Shown here one piece after another: positions 49,250-59,041 of a stretch of DNA of 64,000 nucleotides. Both the position numbers and the translations under genes were made by a program. Within the stretch, counting starts at the first letter, position 1, and each line of letters starts with the position of its first letter. The notes below the pieces were generated by a model. It did no database searches. It was given only the letters and a program-made list of their open reading frames with translations, and had not been told where the DNA came from. Origin of the DNA: an uncultured archaeon (lineage in GTDB: Archaea; Thermoplasmatota; Thermoplasmata; Thermoplasmatales; Thermoplasmataceae); assembly GCA_000965745.1 (NCBI GenBank), contig CP009479.1:1184001-1248000 (forward strand), read 5' to 3'.

Positions 49250-49867
49250 ATGGGTTCTCAGAGGAAACTTATAGGCAACAGTGAGGAGATTTCGTCTCTG
49301 CTCTCCATGCGGGATGAGCTTTTCAGGAATACACTACAGATTATAGATCTGGTCAGGGAAAGGATCAAGCTTGCGGCAGAGATAGGAAAGGAGAAGGACA
49401 TGCTCGGCATGTCACCGAGGAACAGGCAAAGGGAACTCGAGGTCCTGAACAGCATACCAGAACTTGGTGAGATTGAGAAATCAGTTCTGAACATGATTTT
49501 TGAGCTTACAATTCTCAATGAGGTAAGCCAGAGGCCCGAAGTATCAGTTCCTGAATCCCATGGGGAAAATGGCGGCAGCATAGTGCTTTCAGGCCCGGAC
49601 GGGCTTCTTGCATATTCAATGGGGCTCATTGTCTCTTTTCCGGGATTTGAGCTGAAGGATACTGCGGGGATCCCTGAAAATCTCGCATTGGGGGTTGTTC
49701 AGAGGGGTGGCCATATAACAGCTGAAAAAGAGGGCGGAAACTCAGGAAAAATAACCCTTGTGAATTCAGAGGGAACTGTTATGGCAACTCTTGATAACGG
49801 GATACTGAAGATCTGTCCTGAATTATTCTCAAAAAACTCAAAGAATGAAATAATGGAGGCGGTATAA
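49250..49867 (+). CDS. Chorismate mutase (AroQ type) with C-terminal extension
   Basis: R..L.....II.L..ER..LA.EIG..K......RN..RE.EV; clustered with tyrA and aroF. Confidence 0.75.
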   Translation: MGSQRKLIGNSEEISSLLSMRDELFRNTLQIIDLVRERIKLAAEIGKEKDMLGMSPRNRQRELEVLNSIPELGEIEKSVLNMIFELTILNEVSQRPEVSVPESHGENGGSIVLSGPDGLLAYSMGLIVSFPGFELKDTAGIPENLALGVVQRGGHITAEKEGGNSGKITLVNSEGTVMATLDNGILKICPELFSKNSKNEIMEAV

Positions 49868-50527
49868 ATTAAAGTCTCAATAATTGGTTCCAGGGGAAGG
49901 ATAGGCTCCACTATCAGGGAAAAGCTTGAAGGAAACGGGCATGAAATAATATGTTCAGTCGACAGGAATGATACAATAGACACTGCAAAACTGAGGTCTT
50001 CCGATGTGACAGTCCTGGCTGTCCCGCTTGAGGATGCAATATTGCTCATCGAGAAATACAGGCATGAAATCGCCATCGTTGAACTTTCCTCCGTGAAATC
50101 TCCCATGAAGCGATTCTCCGGTGAAGTGGTAAGCCTGCATCCACTGTTTGGCCCTGCTTCATCGAAGAATCCGGATTTCAACACAATCCTGTTTGTTAAT
50201 GACATTTCGCCTGACGGATCGCTCCAGAAGGTCCGGGAACTCTTTGCCGACAGCAACATTGCCAGTGTAACCGCAGAGGAGCATGACAGGGCCATGGCTG
50301 ACCTGCTGGTTGCACCATACGCAGTATCGATGATTGCAAAGAGGATAGTGGCATCAAACCAGAAATTTGTCACCCCCTCGTTTGCAAATCTCCAGAAAAT
50401 AGCATCAATTCTGGACGGGGAAAACTCTTCAGTTGTCAGGGACACAATATCGAAGAACGAGTTTTCACGTTCAGTGCTGGAGCAGATCAACAATGAGATT
50501 ATGGAAATAAGGAGTGGGTTGAATTGA
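49868..50527 (+). CDS. tyrA: Prephenate dehydrogenase (start apparently ATT)
   Basis: In-frame IKVSIIGSRGRIG Rossmann motif upstream of GTG 50006; LAVP, SSVK, HPLFGP, EEHD..MA. Confidence 0.85.
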   Translation: MKVSIIGSRGRIGSTIREKLEGNGHEIICSVDRNDTIDTAKLRSSDVTVLAVPLEDAILLIEKYRHEIAIVELSSVKSPMKRFSGEVVSLHPLFGPASSKNPDFNTILFVNDISPDGSLQKVRELFADSNIASVTAEEHDRAMADLLVAPYAVSMIAKRIVASNQKFVTPSFANLQKIASILDGENSSVVRDTISKNEFSRSVLEQINNEIMEIRSGLN

Positions 50528-51498
50528 TCATTATTCCTAAATCCTCCGTGTACGAGGAAGCGCTGAAGGACAACATGATGGACTCCACGTTCAGCTACAG
50601 GGTGATAGACCTCTACGGAAGAAAGATAATCCTTACTGAAGGGCAGACCCCTTCGAGCCTTCCCATGGATAGCGACACTGCATTGCTTGTCAACGGAAAC
50701 CTTTACTCAAAGGAATTCAAGCAGGAAAAGACAGTAGTACAGGTTGATAATGTAAGCATAGGGGAGAAAAAGCTGATAATTGCAGCCGGTCCCTGCGCCG
50801 TGGAATCTGAAGGCCAGGTTATGGAGACGGCAGAGGCAGTAAAGAAGATGGGTGCTGACATGCTCAGGGGCGGCGCATTCAAGCCCAGGACCAGCCCTTA
50901 CTCGTTCCAGGGCCTTGGGCCGAAGGGGATACAGCTTCTAATGAAGGCGAGAGAAGAAACTGGCCTGCCGGTAGTCAGCGAGCTTCTTGACATTTCAGAT
51001 TTCAGTGCCTTCCGGAACAATGTTGACATGATCCAGGTCGGGGCAAGAAACGCGCAGAACTTCACTCTCCTGAAGTTCCTGGGGCAGCTCAAAACGCCCG
51101 TTCTCCTTAAGAACGGCCTTGCTACGACCATGAACGAATGGCTTGGATCAAGTGAATACATACTCTCTGGCGGCAATGAGAATGTTGTAATGTGCTACAG
51201 GGGAAACAGGAGCTTCGAGAATTATACCAGGTTCAATATGGATATCGGCTCGATAGCTTCTCTGAAAAACCTGACACATCTTCCTATATGCGCGGACCCA
51301 AGCCATCCCGCCGGAAGGAGGGAACTCGTGGAATCACTGGCACTGGGAGCAGTTGCGTCAGGCGCAGATATGCTTGAGGTTGAGGTCCACAGAGACCCTG
51401 ACAATGCACTTTCAGACTCGTCGCAGCAGCTTACTCTGGAGATGTTCAACAGGCTTATGAAGAACGTCAGGAAGGTAGAAGAGATAGTGAGAGGGTAG
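50524..51498 (+). CDS. aroF: DAHP synthase (type I-beta)
   Basis: AGPCAVES, RGGAFKPRTSPYSFQG, QVGARN.QNF.LL, DPSH. Confidence 0.93.
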   Translation: MIIIPKSSVYEEALKDNMMDSTFSYRVIDLYGRKIILTEGQTPSSLPMDSDTALLVNGNLYSKEFKQEKTVVQVDNVSIGEKKLIIAAGPCAVESEGQVMETAEAVKKMGADMLRGGAFKPRTSPYSFQGLGPKGIQLLMKAREETGLPVVSELLDISDFSAFRNNVDMIQVGARNAQNFTLLKFLGQLKTPVLLKNGLATTMNEWLGSSEYILSGGNENVVMCYRGNRSFENYTRFNMDIGSIASLKNLTHLPICADPSHPAGRRELVESLALGAVASGADMLEVEVHRDPDNALSDSSQQLTLEMFNRLMKNVRKVEEIVRG

Positions 51499-51545
51499 AT
51501 TTCTGGCTGATTTAATGGAAAAGTCGTTCTGTGACGGTCAGAACT

Positions 51546-52064
51546 TCATTTCCATGCCAGGAACCATTCTCCCTTTTCCTCCGTGTTATAACCATTTTTC
51601 CTTGCGTAACTGATTATCCTGTCCTTGTTTTCCAACAGGTCCCCTGCGCTGTGTGGAACCCTTACCCCCGATGCAGGAGTGTCCCAGTCAACAATGATAA
51701 CCCTCAGCCTTGTCACCCTTTCTATTTCCTTTATTGCATCGTGGGTCTCCGGAACGTGATGCAGGCTGGTTATTGCCAGGCTGGTGTCGAAGTATCTGTC
51801 ATCGTATGGAATACGCTGGACTCTTGCCTTACTCAGCTTCAGCCTGCCTTCCTTTATGGCATCTGAAAATTCCCGCTCAATATCGGCAAAATGCCATGCT
51901 TCAGGGTCTATGGAAACCACCTCAAAGGAAGGGTTTTGCAGCAACTTCGTCACGACTGTGCCGAATCCAGTTCCTATGTCTAATATTCTCTTTCCGACAA
52001 CCATCGGCATTAATTCATCTATGATTTCCTCGAGCTTGCTTCCTTCGTTCACAAATATAAACAA
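51546..52064 (-). CDS. Class I SAM-dependent methyltransferase
   Basis: ILDIGTGFG, IPY.D..FD, SLHH. Confidence 0.88.
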   Translation of the reverse strand: MFIFVNEGSKLEEIIDELMPMVVGKRILDIGTGFGTVVTKLLQNPSFEVVSIDPEAWHFADIEREFSDAIKEGRLKLSKARVQRIPYDDRYFDTSLAITSLHHVPETHDAIKEIERVTRLRVIIVDWDTPASGVRVPHSAGDLLENKDRIISYARKNGYNTEEKGEWFLAWK

Positions 52065-52226
52065 TCTGCATGTTGATTAATTTTTCCGGTGCATTCCAGG
52101 GAGGTTTCTACCGTGACAGAAAAAGACCATTTCGAAAGTGTCTTTGGCATAAGAACCAAACGTTGGGTCAATAAAAGTCCCCGAAAAGAATTGATTCCAG
52201 AAGGTTGGTTCCAGTTCTCTGGCATC

Positions 52227-53741
52227 TCATTTTCCTCCCTCTCGCTGTTTGCGCTTAGTCAAGTAGTATACGGTAAGTATGAAGGCAATTATGCCACTTG
52301 TGGCAATTGCTATGTTATAAATTTCTGCTATGGGCGTAAACACAATCTGAAAGGATGAATCTATCCCATTCACGGCCATTTTGTCGGTTTCACTGTAGAC
52401 AAACCCTGCAGGCCCTTTAATGGTCAGTGTGTATGTTCCATTGGAGAGGTATGCTATGTAAGTGCCCCTCACTATGGGCCCCGAATCACCAGTGGCTGAA
52501 CCGTTAATATACCAGACACTGCCGGTCGGTAATCCATCTTCTGTAATTGGCACAGGGTAGACAGGCATCACAGATAATGTAGGTTTTATTATAGAAACAG
52601 TTCCGGGTTCTTCGTTGACTAGCATGACCTCCTTGTTTGAAGGAATATATGTCACTCCCATCGGAATGAGGCCCACACTTAAGTCTGCAACAATTTTATT
52701 GTCCGATCCGTTGATGGCCCAAACGTTTCCATACCCCTGCCCATCCACGTAAATCTGGTTCGTGTCAGGGTCAAAGGAGAAGTAAGCAGGTTCACCATAT
52801 TTTCCCAGATTGCCGATAGTTGCAACGAGAGTGTTTGAAGTCGTGTTTATGACAGAAATGGTGTCAGAGTTTGACACATAAAGGTCGTAGTTGACCGGGT
52901 CATACACTATCCCCCTCGGGGTTGAACCGACCGATATATTCCCGAAAACTGAATAGTTGACCGGGCTTATCAGTGAGACAGTTCCTCTGCCGTACATTGT
53001 CGCGTACACTACATCCGTCGCAGCAGAATAAGCAAGCAGGAACGGCGAGGGCGGGTTGTAATCGCCGCTTACGTATGAAGAACTCATTGTTATGTTCCTG
53101 AAAATTGTATCAGTGGAGCAGTTTATGACTGTAACGTGATTGTCTTCACCAGCAACAAAGACCTGGTTTTTGTCTGGTACGAGCACTTCTCCGAAGACAG
53201 TGGTGCCGATGTTGATCTCTTTGGATACAGTGTTGCTAACCGGATTTATCACCAGCACATTTCCAGACTTGCCGGAGTCAGTTTTTACGGCGGCATACAA
53301 CTCATTGTCGGCGGGATTGTAGACCACGTCACCGCCCTGGAAGGACGTGATGCTGATTTTGTCAACAAGGCTATTCGTTGAGGTGTTGACAACGTAAATG
53401 TATGCGGATCCGCCCACAAACTCGGAGGAGGATATGTAGAGGTTGTGGTTCATCGTATCATATGCGGCCATTTCCGGCTTCTCCAGAGGTGCGTCGAAAT
53501 ATCCATGCGGTCTTGAAATTGAATTGCCCGGGAATATGGAATTGTTGTAGAGGGAGAGAGTGGACATTGGGTAATAGTACCTGTATGATGAGTTGCTCTC
53601 CGAAAGTCCAACACCGGGCAGCGCACTTGGTCCATTTGCATTGCCTTCAAAACTCGTGCCGTCATATAGCGCAATACCCGGAACTATCATCATAACTGAG
53701 ATTAAAACAGACAGGCCCACTAAAGCTAATCTACTCAGCAT
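52227..53741 (-). CDS. YncE/YVTN beta-propeller surface protein with C-terminal TM anchor
   Basis: Repeated V.VIN..TN..V..I.VG..P.G..YDP.N..LYV units; signal peptide; TM plus basic tail. Confidence 0.88.
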   Translation of the reverse strand: MLSRLALVGLSVLISVMMIVPGIALYDGTSFEGNANGPSALPGVGLSESNSSYRYYYPMSTLSLYNNSIFPGNSISRPHGYFDAPLEKPEMAAYDTMNHNLYISSSEFVGGSAYIYVVNTSTNSLVDKISITSFQGGDVVYNPADNELYAAVKTDSGKSGNVLVINPVSNTVSKEINIGTTVFGEVLVPDKNQVFVAGEDNHVTVINCSTDTIFRNITMSSSYVSGDYNPPSPFLLAYSAATDVVYATMYGRGTVSLISPVNYSVFGNISVGSTPRGIVYDPVNYDLYVSNSDTISVINTTSNTLVATIGNLGKYGEPAYFSFDPDTNQIYVDGQGYGNVWAINGSDNKIVADLSVGLIPMGVTYIPSNKEVMLVNEEPGTVSIIKPTLSVMPVYPVPITEDGLPTGSVWYINGSATGDSGPIVRGTYIAYLSNGTYTLTIKGPAGFVYSETDKMAVNGIDSSFQIVFTPIAEIYNIAIATSGIIAFILTVYYLTKRKQREGGK

Positions 53742-53851
53742 TGCCAGATAAAAACAACCTCAATCAGTATATGAACGTTGCTTATTACATCTGATACTCA
53801 TGCCCAACTGCCTGGAACAAAAACAACTGGAAAATTATCTCAAATACAGGA

Positions 53852-53922
53852 TGCGGGTGCCGGGATTCGGACCCGGGTTAAGAGCTTGGGAAGCTCCTGT
53901 GATACCGCTACACTACACCCGC
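53852..53922 (-). tRNA. tRNA-Gly(CCC)
   Basis: GCGGGTG acceptor stem; GGAGC-TTCCCAA-GCTCT anticodon arm; CCGGG-TCCGAAT-CCCGG T-arm. Confidence 0.92.
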
Positions 53923-53979
53923 GATACTTCCAGTATGTGCTAGAAATATCTAAACTTACTCTTGGTCAGCCGATTTTTC

Positions 53980-54903
53980 TCATTTTACATACGTGAGCCA
54001 TTTTTCATATTTGGAGACCTTTCCTGCTACAGTGTCGAAGTAGATTTGCGCTATTGAGGACGTTATCGGACCTCTCTTCCCGCTCCCTACCTTAATTCCG
54101 TCCACGCTCGCTATTGGCGTGACCTCTGCAGCAGTCCCGCAGAAGAACGCTTCGTCGGCCACGTATATCTCCTCTCTGTGGATATCCCGCTCCACGACTT
54201 CTATCCCCTTGTCCCCGGCAATCTCTATGATTGTGTCGCGTGTTATTCCCACGAGTATGTCTGCACTGGTTCCGGGGGTGAAAAGCTTCCCATCCCTGGC
54301 AATGAATATGTTCTCCCCGGGACCTTCGGCAAGATAGCCGTTTCCTGAAAGAAGGATGGCCTCATCAAATCCTGCGTTCTTTACTTCCCTGCTTGTCAGA
54401 ATTGAGTTCAGGTAGTTCCCGCTTGCTTTTGCCCTGACTGGAATTATATCAGAATTGATCCTCCTCCATGAGGAAGTCTTGCATTTCGCGCCCTTCTCCT
54501 GGGTCTCCCCAAAGTAGCTTCCCAGCGGTATTGCAGCTATGTAAACACTGATCTTTTTGCCCTCTGTTGAAAGTCCTATCCTGACATCATTGTAGAAAGC
54601 GAATGGGCGTATATAACATGAATCGAGGCTGTTCATCTTTACCGTCTCAACGATAGCGTTGTTGATCTGTTCGGGCGTGTACCCGAGATCCATGCCGTAT
54701 ATTTTTGCAGTGTCAAAAAACCTCCTTACGTGCTCCTTTAACCTGAATATTGCAGGCCCTTTCTCTGTCTTGTAAGCCCTGATACCTTCGAAAATGCCTG
54801 ATCCGTACTGCAGGGAATGAACAGTCACCGGGACTGTTGCTTCATCAAATCCCATTGTCTTTCCATCAAACCAAACCTTCAGGTTGGAATACGGGGTTTC
54901 CAT
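53980..54903 (-). CDS. ilvE: Branched-chain amino acid aminotransferase
   Basis: HSLQYGSGIFEGIRAY, YIRP, AKASGNYLNS, EGPGENIF, GITR, GTAAEVTPI. Confidence 0.96.
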   Translation of the reverse strand: METPYSNLKVWFDGKTMGFDEATVPVTVHSLQYGSGIFEGIRAYKTEKGPAIFRLKEHVRRFFDTAKIYGMDLGYTPEQINNAIVETVKMNSLDSCYIRPFAFYNDVRIGLSTEGKKISVYIAAIPLGSYFGETQEKGAKCKTSSWRRINSDIIPVRAKASGNYLNSILTSREVKNAGFDEAILLSGNGYLAEGPGENIFIARDGKLFTPGTSADILVGITRDTIIEIAGDKGIEVVERDIHREEIYVADEAFFCGTAAEVTPIASVDGIKVGSGKRGPITSSIAQIYFDTVAGKVSKYEKWLTYVK

Positions 54904-54972
54904 GCGCTTCGTATTCCATAATTGCTAATAAGGCATATGCAGAAGTAATAAGGCGGATCCGGGAGCAACTTC

Positions 54973-55896
54973 TCATCCGAGATTCTGGGTGTGGTACCTG
55001 TAGAAAATAGTCCTGTTGGCAGCCTGCCCGTTTACCTGTATGAAACCCCAGCCATTGGTTATCGAGTATCCGGTGACATTGTGTGTCGAGTACTGGTAAG
55101 TGCCGTTGGGCAGCACCAGGTCTATGGGGTTGTAGGAAAGCCCTGAGAAATTAAATTGGGAATACACAGTGCGGCCGTCTACCTGAAGGCCAATGCCATT
55201 TATGTTTCCCGTGTTGACCTGGAAATCAGCGCTTATGTTGATCGTAACACTGTATGCAGTCGATGTGAAATCCACATGAACCGTTGAGGATGAAGGCCTC
55301 AGGACCACGGAGCTGAAACCGTTTTTATAAACAGTGGACGGAAGTTCGGGGTATTTCGGCACGCTTCCCCGGGTGGGCGATGTTTGTGACACTGAGTATC
55401 CATATATTCCAGCAGGCTCTGAAAATTCAATAGTGCTATTCCCGGACTGGGATGTAACTATTCCTGCTGGTGAGTTGAGGGCAACACTCCATTTGCTGCC
55501 GCCGGGGAGGCCGCTCTCGTTGAAATAGAGCGTATATAATTTGAGAAATGTCAGCGTCATCTGAGGTGCCACATTGGAACTTGAAAGATGAAAATCGGAC
55601 CCGGAAACTCCACTTATGTACCCCGGGGGCGTGATTGGCGCGTAATGGTAATAACCGTAGGGGAGATCGACCGAGAGTGTTGGCGAAAACGACTCATAGG
55701 TTCCCATTAGTTGCTGAACCCCGTTCTGGTACTTGTAAAGGTGGACTCCCCACAGGGTCTCGTTACTGATGCCCTGCTCCTGCAGGACAAAACTGTGGGT
55801 CTGTGGAAGGTAGTACGCATAGTAATTTGACACGAAAGGCATAATCGAGAAGTTGACAACCAGTATGATGATTACAACCTTGATCTGCCTGTCCAT
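54973..55896 (-). CDS. Secreted surface protein with thermopsin-like repeats
   Basis: N-terminal hydrophobic signal; FNESGLPGGSKWSVAL and LPNGTY.Y motifs. Confidence 0.75.
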   Translation of the reverse strand: MDRQIKVVIIILVVNFSIMPFVSNYYAYYLPQTHSFVLQEQGISNETLWGVHLYKYQNGVQQLMGTYESFSPTLSVDLPYGYYHYAPITPPGYISGVSGSDFHLSSSNVAPQMTLTFLKLYTLYFNESGLPGGSKWSVALNSPAGIVTSQSGNSTIEFSEPAGIYGYSVSQTSPTRGSVPKYPELPSTVYKNGFSSVVLRPSSSTVHVDFTSTAYSVTINISADFQVNTGNINGIGLQVDGRTVYSQFNFSGLSYNPIDLVLPNGTYQYSTHNVTGYSITNGWGFIQVNGQAANRTIFYRYHTQNLG

Positions 55897-55968
55897 GAAA
55901 ACAAAACCCGGTTGGCGTTGTTAAACTTTACTGGAGCCTCCTCACTTGAATGGTGGGTGGTAATCAGG

Positions 55969-57780
55969 TCAGTATTCCTCCCCTTTCTTCATCTGGCTGA
56001 TCTTGAATTCCCTGAACCTGTCCTCGTACGCATCAGCGATTTCTGTAAATCCCAGTGTTCCCACGACTTCAGACCCGTCACTTTTCAAAACAACAATGTT
56101 CTCCTGGGGATCGGGAGGGAGAATATTGATCGCCCTGTGAATCGTATCACTTTCAAGGACTGTCACAGGCTTCATCATCTCTATTTCAGACAGTTTCTTT
56201 TTAGAATTTTTCCCGTATTTTGTGAGCATATTCCTGCTTACATACCCCACAAGCCTGCTGTCTTTCAATATGACCGCACCTTTGACATGCCTGATACGCA
56301 TGGTGTACGCCAGATCCCAGACCCCGCTATTGATGTCAACCTCTATGTGGTTCGGGTTCATTGCCTCCCCTATGATTATGCTGTCCATTATCTGATTCCT
56401 GTACTCGAAGAGGTGGGCCGGTGAATGCAGGCGGTCGAGAACCTGCTCGTGATAGACAGAATTCTTGATCCCGGATGCAAAGTAGGATATTGTTATGGCG
56501 ATCATCAGCGGGAGGAAAAGGTCGAGCCCTCCTGCCATCTCCGTACCCATGATAAGCATGGACACTGGCGTTTTCGACACTCCTGCAAAGAATGCTATCA
56601 TTGTCACTATCGTGACCTCATCAATCGTGACAAAGGGCAAAAAGGGGTGGGAAACGATCCCTATGCTTGCCCCAAGAAAGGCCCCAGTGACGATGCTTGG
56701 TGCGAAAGCACCTCCCGACCCGCCCGATCCTATGCTCAAGGAAGTGGCCAGTATCTTTAGAAAGAAGAGAATTAGCAGAACCTTCAGGGGCGTATAAGCA
56801 AGATTTCCACTCAATATCAGTTGCACCCATCCATACCCAAGGCCCATTATCTGGGGGTAGAATATTGCCACTGCCCCTACAAGGAAACCACCTATGGCGG
56901 GCTTGACGTAGGATGGGACACTCCTGAGCCTGATAAAGGCAATATGGACCAGGTCGAACACTTTTACATAGAACCTTCCGCCAAGGCCCGCCAGTATCCC
57001 GATTATGGTGTATACAAATATGGATCTGCCGTCGAGGAAGAGGAATGAGCTTGCTGCAGTTGTGAAAAGCGGGTTGTAGTGAAACTGGTAGCCGAAGATG
57101 GCGTACCCCACAACCGATGCCACTGTGGCAGGTATCAGCGCTTCCACCTCAAAATCCCTCTTGTAGAGTATTTCAGTGCTCATTATTGCCCCGCCAATGG
57201 GAGCCATGAATATGCTTCCTATTCCGGCGCCTATTGCGGAAGCCATCACTATCCTTCTGTCGTGGTCGTCAAGCTTGAACAGGTTCGCGAGGTATGACCC
57301 GAACACCGCGGAAATCAATGCAACAGGGCCATCCCTCCCCGCACTTCCTCCAGCCCCTATGTTGATTGCAGAGGATGCAAGCTTGACAGCAGGCGTCCTG
57401 TTTTTTATCCTTACCGTAAGGTTGTGGAACGCGTTTACTGCGGCGTTTATCCCGAGTCCTTCCGTCCCGGGCGTAAGTTTATAGACCAGGTACCCGGAAA
57501 GAAAGCCTCCTAGCGTTGTGGAAACAGGAATGAGCAACCTGTCGTAGCTTCCAATGCTGTATACCGGTGATCCTCCCTCCCCTCCAGGAAGTGGTGGGCT
57601 GAACCCCGAAATTCCAAAAAGAATAAGATGCGAGAAAAATCTTATACCATTGTAGAGGAGCAGCGATCCTATTCCCGCGGAAATGCCGATGAGGAGCCCG
57701 ATGGCTACCCACATGCCAGGCTGGCTGGAAAGTATCCTACGCTGGAAAAACTCGTACAGAGTTGATATGTATGGCATCAC
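55969..57780 (-). CDS. CLC chloride channel/transporter with CBS pair
   Basis: GLGIN, GGSAGRDGP, F.AP.GG, GGSGG.FAP, EM.G, SVY; C-terminal CBS domains. Confidence 0.92.
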   Translation of the reverse strand: MMPYISTLYEFFQRRILSSQPGMWVAIGLLIGISAGIGSLLLYNGIRFFSHLILFGISGFSPPLPGGEGGSPVYSIGSYDRLLIPVSTTLGGFLSGYLVYKLTPGTEGLGINAAVNAFHNLTVRIKNRTPAVKLASSAINIGAGGSAGRDGPVALISAVFGSYLANLFKLDDHDRRIVMASAIGAGIGSIFMAPIGGAIMSTEILYKRDFEVEALIPATVASVVGYAIFGYQFHYNPLFTTAASSFLFLDGRSIFVYTIIGILAGLGGRFYVKVFDLVHIAFIRLRSVPSYVKPAIGGFLVGAVAIFYPQIMGLGYGWVQLILSGNLAYTPLKVLLILFFLKILATSLSIGSGGSGGAFAPSIVTGAFLGASIGIVSHPFLPFVTIDEVTIVTMIAFFAGVSKTPVSMLIMGTEMAGGLDLFLPLMIAITISYFASGIKNSVYHEQVLDRLHSPAHLFEYRNQIMDSIIIGEAMNPNHIEVDINSGVWDLAYTMRIRHVKGAVILKDSRLVGYVSRNMLTKYGKNSKKKLSEIEMMKPVTVLESDTIHRAINILPPDPQENIVVLKSDGSEVVGTLGFTEIADAYEDRFREFKISQMKKGEEY

Positions 57781-57863
57781 AGCCCACTTTGCCTTTGTGT
57801 TAAACTAACATACAGGCTTTATTTAATACTTGCCAGCTTGTGCATTTCATAAAATAATGCAGC

Positions 57864-58463
57864 TCAATGCTCTATCTCGTCACGAAGTATCTTCTTGTAC
57901 AGGTCGTCAAGGCGTTCGGTAATCTCCTTCACATCGTTGACGATCTTGGGGATGGCTTCCCCGTAGGTTCTTGACATATGATCCATAAGCCTGATCAGGT
58001 ACTCTACCCTGTTCTGTAGAACATCGATCTGGGGGTCAGCTACATTTGTGCCTCCAGGTGAGCCCTCTTTCTTCTCGCCCTTCTCCTCCTTGTAATTCTG
58101 GTAGGTCCCGAGAACCGATTTCGACTCTATCTGAAAATCCTCTGCATCGGCATATTTGGAAAAAATATAGTCCGAAAGCCTGATCTTGTTGCCAACCGCA
58201 TACTGGCACTCTTCAACACCAAGCTGTGTGGAACTCCCATCTTTTTTGATTACCTTAATCCTGGCCTGGTCGCACATAGGGCTGTTGAAAGTGTTTATCT
58301 TCTCTTCTATTCGCCCTCTCAGATCAACAAATATTGAAAATGGATATTTTCCGTAGAATCCCCTTATGTTCTTCCTGAGATCCAATAAGCTCTTGTATCT
58401 GTTAGTTCGCACTATCTGAGACTTGAGAGCATTGGGATCATTGGGATCATTGGGATCATCCAC
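57864..58463 (-). CDS. Hypothetical protein with C-terminal coiled coil
   Basis: 199-aa ORF; heptad-like C-terminus; N-terminal (DPN)3. Confidence 0.7.
   Translation of the reverse strand: MDDPNDPNDPNALKSQIVRTNRYKSLLDLRKNIRGFYGKYPFSIFVDLRGRIEEKINTFNSPMCDQARIKVIKKDGSSTQLGVEECQYAVGNKIRLSDYIFSKYADAEDFQIESKSVLGTYQNYKEEKGEKKEGSPGGTNVADPQIDVLQNRVEYLIRLMDHMSRTYGEAIPKIVNDVKEITERLDDLYKKILRDEIEH
58431..58457 (-). repeat. 9-bp tandem repeat (GATCCCAAT)x3
   Basis: Three exact copies encoding DPN DPN DPN. Confidence 0.85.
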
Positions 58464-58781
58464 ACATCTTCAGCGAGGATAATTATTAAAATCTTACTCC
58501 CATGATTGAAGATTTCGTACGGTAGCAGGTTCCCTGTACCTATGATTTGAGGTGAACAGGCCCGCCGGCGCGAAAACTCCACTTCTGTATGCATGTATGC
58601 ACCCCCATAGATCGGCCAGGATCGCATTCAGAAGCAATGTGCTTCATCTGACCCGGATGGATCGTCACAGCTCCCAATTGGTGGAATTTTCCGAAATCGC
58701 TCATATATACCTGTCCGCCTTATCTTTACGGTGCCAGGTATATGCCTGTCAATGGCTATAATTAGATCGAGCTCTGTAGAG

Positions 58782-58970
58782 ATGAAATTTGCCAGTTTTT
58801 ATGACACCAGGCTTCTATTCGTAAGTGTTGCGATAATGGTCCTCGGAGCTCACCTGATTATACTTTCATCAATGGAATTTCTATCCTCGCTTTTTCTTGT
58901 AGTAGGTGCAGCATCAGTCGTTTCAGCGATGTTTTTCATTATGCTGAATATAAGGAAGAGAGTCATCTAA
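58782..58970 (+). CDS. Small two-TM membrane protein
   Basis: Two hydrophobic helices and a basic C-terminus. Confidence 0.55.
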   Translation: MKFASFYDTRLLFVSVAIMVLGAHLIILSSMEFLSSLFLVVGAASVVSAMFFIMLNIRKRVI

Positions 58971-59041
58971 TCCGGCATAGATTCTGAAAAAATTGCAACT
59001 GTTCCACAACATTAAAATAACCGACTGTAAATATATACAAA

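Noticed and set aside
49699-50493. 264-aa - strand ORF
   Set aside because: Antisense to chorismate mutase/tyrA
58500-58720. Possible ncRNA or 54-aa - strand ORF in a GC-rich intergenic region
   Set aside because: No recognisable RNA family motif or protein signature
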